Source: Nitrospinaceae bacterium
GTDB lineage: Bacteria; Nitrospinota; Nitrospinia; Nitrospinales; Nitrospinaceae
Direction of reading: 5' to 3'
NCBI GenBank assembly: GCA_965223665.1
Contig: OZ245011.1
Span: 2,304,001 to 2,368,000 of the forward strand
Length of the DNA: 64,000 nucleotides
Below, one piece after another: positions 60,800 to 64,000 of this stretch. Every line of letters begins with the position of its first letter. The stretch's first letter is position 1. The position numbers and the translations under genes are program-made. Under the pieces are notes generated by a model. That model searched no databases and was not told the origin of the DNA. It saw nothing but the letters and a program-made list of their open reading frames with translations.

Positions 60800-61864
60800 T
60801 TACGGCGTGGGAACCGATTTGGGGGGTTCTAATTGTTCTTCTTTTGGATGATCTACCATATCGATGGTCCAAAGGTCACAGGATCCGCAAGTTTCGCGAT
60901 AATTTTCACGAAAATAACTATAATGCCCGTTCAGCCAAATTGCCTGCAGATTTGATTCCTTAACATTACCCATTCGGACCTTTGGCAATAAACAGCAGGG
61001 AGTAACATCTCCTTGTCGATTAACGTATGTGTAATCAAAGGTCTTTAAGCAATACTTCCCCCCTTGGTGCAGTTTGTTTTTTAATAATTTGTAGAAAAAT
61101 CGCTGAACTCCACTGGAAACTGCAAATTGCAACCAGTCTAATTGAACTCCTGCTTTTCGAGCAATTCGATTGGCCGCTTTAAAAATTTGCTTTTCCTCGG
61201 TAGCACTGGGTCGTTTAAGATAAGAATCGTATTTTCGATCAATCCTTCCTACATTGACTGAATCAATTTTTAATTTACCTCCATATCGGATAACCTCATA
61301 GAGCTCTTCTTCTTCGTCTTTATGTAATGTAGCTTGAAGACGGAGATAAGGCTTTCCTTTTTCACGCAGTGAAGCAACTTTTTCAATACTCTCTAACGTT
61401 TTGGGATTTGTATGACCCTTTAACAGGTTAGATTCAACGCTATCCAATGAGAAAGTTAACGAATCTAAACCCGACTCAATTATTCTTTCAGGAATATCTG
61501 ACCTAGGAAAAATTCCATTAGAAGTAATACATACTTTATGACCCCTCTCCTTACAATAACCGATCATTTCAAAAATCTTTGGGTGTAAAAAGGGTTCACC
61601 CCAACCGGTTAGCGTTATTTCCACATCAGGTTTCAATTGATCGATTGTGGTTTGAAAAATATTCCAATCCATATGCTCTAATTCAATGTCCATTACTTCT
61701 CGAGGGCACATATGACAATCTAAATTACATTTATTGGTCACCTCTAATTGCACTTTTTTAGGACGGAAAGGAATTTGATACTTGAGACGATCCAATGTTT
61801 CCGATATTAAATTGAGCCAACTCAACGGGAATACTCTCCAAAATTCATGAGGTTTTGGGATCAC
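60800..61864 (-). CDS. Radical SAM/SPASM domain protein
   Basis: CNLDCHMC, GWGEP, C-terminal C...GDVTPCC...GN...CGSC. Confidence 0.88.
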   Translation of the reverse strand: MIPKPHEFWRVFPLSWLNLISETLDRLKYQIPFRPKKVQLEVTNKCNLDCHMCPREVMDIELEHMDWNIFQTTIDQLKPDVEITLTGWGEPFLHPKIFEMIGYCKERGHKVCITSNGIFPRSDIPERIIESGLDSLTFSLDSVESNLLKGHTNPKTLESIEKVASLREKGKPYLRLQATLHKDEEEELYEVIRYGGKLKIDSVNVGRIDRKYDSYLKRPSATEEKQIFKAANRIARKAGVQLDWLQFAVSSGVQRFFYKLLKNKLHQGGKYCLKTFDYTYVNRQGDVTPCCLLPKVRMGNVKESNLQAIWLNGHYSYFRENYRETCGSCDLWTIDMVDHPKEEQLEPPKSVPTP

Positions 61865-62006
61865 TTTTAGTTTAAGGGTGTCCCAAGAAATGATAAAATT
61901 TAATTCAATCCATTCGCCGGAAATGATATGGTAACTGGTTTACTTATAATTCGGCAAAATTAGCTAAAAACTCAAATAAGAAACTATTTCCCCTGGAGAA
62001 ATCAAT

Positions 62007-63314
62007 ATGGGAATGACAATTACAGAAAAAATTTTGGCGGCCCATTCTGGAAAAACCTCGGTAAAACCTGGAGATAATGTATGGGTCGATGTAGATGTTC
62101 TAATGACCCACGATGTTTGTGGCCCAGGAACTATTGCCATATTCAAAAAACAATTTGGGCAAAATGCCAGGGTTTGGGATAAGGAAAAAGTGGTAATTAT
62201 TCCAGATCATTATGTTTTTACAAAAGATCCACATGCAAATCGAAATATAGATGTCATTCGAGAATTCGCTAAGGAGCAGGAATTACCTTACTTTTACGAT
62301 GTTGGGACGGATAATTATAAAGGGGTTTGCCATTTGGCTTTAGCTCAGGAAGGACATAATCGACCCGGAGAGGTGCTTTTCGGTACAGATTCTCATTCCA
62401 CAACCTCTGGAGCATTTGGAATGTTTTCAGCTGGAATTGGAAATACCGATGCCGCATTCATTTTAGGAACCGGGAAGCTCTGGGTCAAGGTTCCGGAAAC
62501 CATGCGCTTCGAATTTAATGGGACGTTCCCTCCATATATTATGGCAAAGGATATTTTATTACAGGTAATTGGCGACATCAGTTGTGATGGGGCCACCTAT
62601 AGGACTATGGAATGGGCAGGAGATGCGGTTTATAAATTCTCTATGGAAGAAAGAATGACCCTATGCAACATGGCAATCGAAGCGGGCGGGAAAAATGCTG
62701 TAATTGAGGCAGATGAAACCACCTTTGAGTATTTAAAGCCGCGTAACCAGAAACCCTTTACAGTAGAACATTCAGACCTGGATGCGAATTACTTTTATAA
62801 AAAATCTTATGTTGCCGATGACCTTGAGCCAGTAGTGGCAAAACCCCATTCTCCAGATAATCGAGCTTTAGCGAGGGAATGTTCTGAAGTTAAATTGGAT
62901 CGATCATATATTGGATCGTGCACTGGAGGAAAAATTACAGACTTTATTGCTGCAGCAGAAATCTTAAAAGGGGAAAAAGTAAAAATTGAAACATTCATAG
63001 TTCCTGCCACCCGTGAAGTAGAAAAAGACTTGGAAACGGAAACTATTGACGGAAAATCTTTGATACAAATTTTCACCGAAGCTGGTGCTCATATAGGTGA
63101 ACCCAGTTGTGCGGCCTGTTTGGGTGGCCCAAAGGACACGTTTGGGAGGACTCAGGGAACAGAAGTTGTAGTGTCTACTACAAACCGTAATTTTCCTGGT
63201 AGAATGGGATCAAAACAATCCTCAGTCTATTTAGCATCACCTTATACTGCCGCTGCTTCAGCATTAACTGGATACATTACTGACCCCAGGGAATTTATTG
63301 GAGCCACTGTTTAA
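62007..63314 (+). CDS. leuC: 3-isopropylmalate dehydratase large subunit (LeuC/HacA type)
   Basis: MTITEKILA, DSHS, GSCTGG, CAACLG, TNRNFPGRMG. Confidence 0.92.
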   Translation: MGMTITEKILAAHSGKTSVKPGDNVWVDVDVLMTHDVCGPGTIAIFKKQFGQNARVWDKEKVVIIPDHYVFTKDPHANRNIDVIREFAKEQELPYFYDVGTDNYKGVCHLALAQEGHNRPGEVLFGTDSHSTTSGAFGMFSAGIGNTDAAFILGTGKLWVKVPETMRFEFNGTFPPYIMAKDILLQVIGDISCDGATYRTMEWAGDAVYKFSMEERMTLCNMAIEAGGKNAVIEADETTFEYLKPRNQKPFTVEHSDLDANYFYKKSYVADDLEPVVAKPHSPDNRALARECSEVKLDRSYIGSCTGGKITDFIAAAEILKGEKVKIETFIVPATREVEKDLETETIDGKSLIQIFTEAGAHIGEPSCAACLGGPKDTFGRTQGTEVVVSTTNRNFPGRMGSKQSSVYLASPYTAAASALTGYITDPREFIGATV

Positions 63315-63360
63315 CATAATTAAGAGCATTATCCGTCACAAAAAAGGAGAACTTGCTTTA

Positions 63361-63927
63361 ATGGAAAAAGTCATAGAAGGCAGAGCCTACGTGCTAGGTA
63401 ACGATATAGATACAGACCAAATTATTCCAGCTGAACATTTAGTTTATAGCTTGAGTGATCCTGAAGAAAAAAAGAATTATGGGAAATATTCCCTTTCAGG
63501 AGTTCCAATTGAAAATGCAGGTTTGCCTGAAGGCAATATTAAATTCGTTGAAGAAGGAAAATTTCAATCTCAGTTTTCTATTGTTATCGGTGGATCCAAT
63601 TTTGGTTGCGGCTCATCTCGAGAACATGCTCCAGCCTGTATGGAAATTGCTGGAGTCAAGGCGGTAATCGCAGAATCCTATGCAAGAATATTTTATAGAA
63701 ACTCTATTGATGGAGGTTTCTTTATTCCCTTAGAGACCAAGGAATCTTTGATTGAGTCCATTAAAACTGGAGACTCTTTATCCATTGATTTGAAATCATA
63801 TACCTTAAAAAATATTACCCAAAACAAAACCTTTCAGTTAAATCCATTAGGGGATGTAATTGATATCATCGAAGCAGGGAACATTTTTGAATATGCGAGA
63901 AAGGCAGGTTTAATAAAAGGAAATTAA
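63361..63927 (+). CDS. leuD: 3-isopropylmalate dehydratase small subunit
   Basis: DIDTDQIIPA, NFGCGSSREHA, SYARIFYRN; AAGGAG RBS before ATG 63361. Confidence 0.92.
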   Translation: MEKVIEGRAYVLGNDIDTDQIIPAEHLVYSLSDPEEKKNYGKYSLSGVPIENAGLPEGNIKFVEEGKFQSQFSIVIGGSNFGCGSSREHAPACMEIAGVKAVIAESYARIFYRNSIDGGFFIPLETKESLIESIKTGDSLSIDLKSYTLKNITQNKTFQLNPLGDVIDIIEAGNIFEYARKAGLIKGN

Positions 63928-64000
63928 TAAATATTAAACCTCTTTGATATTAATGATGAATTTCGACAAAGCTAAAAATACTTATGTATCTCCTTTCTTT

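Noticed and set aside
60800-61864. Second radical SAM/SPASM gene as a RiPP maturase or partner of the TIR fusion
   Set aside because: No adjacent precursor peptide or RRE domain was seen, and it lies about 44 kb from the islet among housekeeping genes.
1-64000. CRISPR arrays, tRNA/rRNA genes, prophage genes, and the many 60-180 aa ORFs nested in or antisense to long genes
   Set aside because: No regularly spaced repeats, cloverleafs, rRNA-like tracts or phage genes were recognised by eye. The nested ORFs are explained as shadows of well-supported genes.

Overview
AT-rich bacterial chromosomal segment made up mostly of housekeeping genes. The lineage cannot be established here; the gene mix is loosely reminiscent of Nitrospinota or deltaproteobacteria-like genomes. 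It carries class II ribonucleotide reductase with tandem NrdR boxes, guaBA, rpmH-rnpA-yidD-yidC-mnmE (with no dnaA next to it), tyrS, hutH, lepA-lepB, gcvT-gcvH-gcvPA, a small flagellar cluster (flagellin-like, fliD, flgN-like), an aroD-aroE fusion and leuCD. The main find is a ~3.1 kb integrase-less islet at the guaA 3' end, bounded by two imperfect copies of the guaA TIEWE-stop codons (13791-13808 and 16913-16930). Its only intact cargo is a 785-aa protein fusing a CAP12/Pycsar-type TIR domain, a DUF5919-like middle domain and a radical SAM/SPASM domain, next to a decayed IS200/IS605 tnpA. This is a candidate single-gene anti-phage or nucleotide-signalling system. Two unannotated structured intergenic RNA candidates were also found. 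One lies behind a correctly spaced sigma54 promoter (~58990-59140) and one behind a sigma28-like promoter in the flagellar cluster (~51245-51420). Both expose anti-Shine-Dalgarno-like loops. All family assignments are from motif recognition by eye; no database searches were run.
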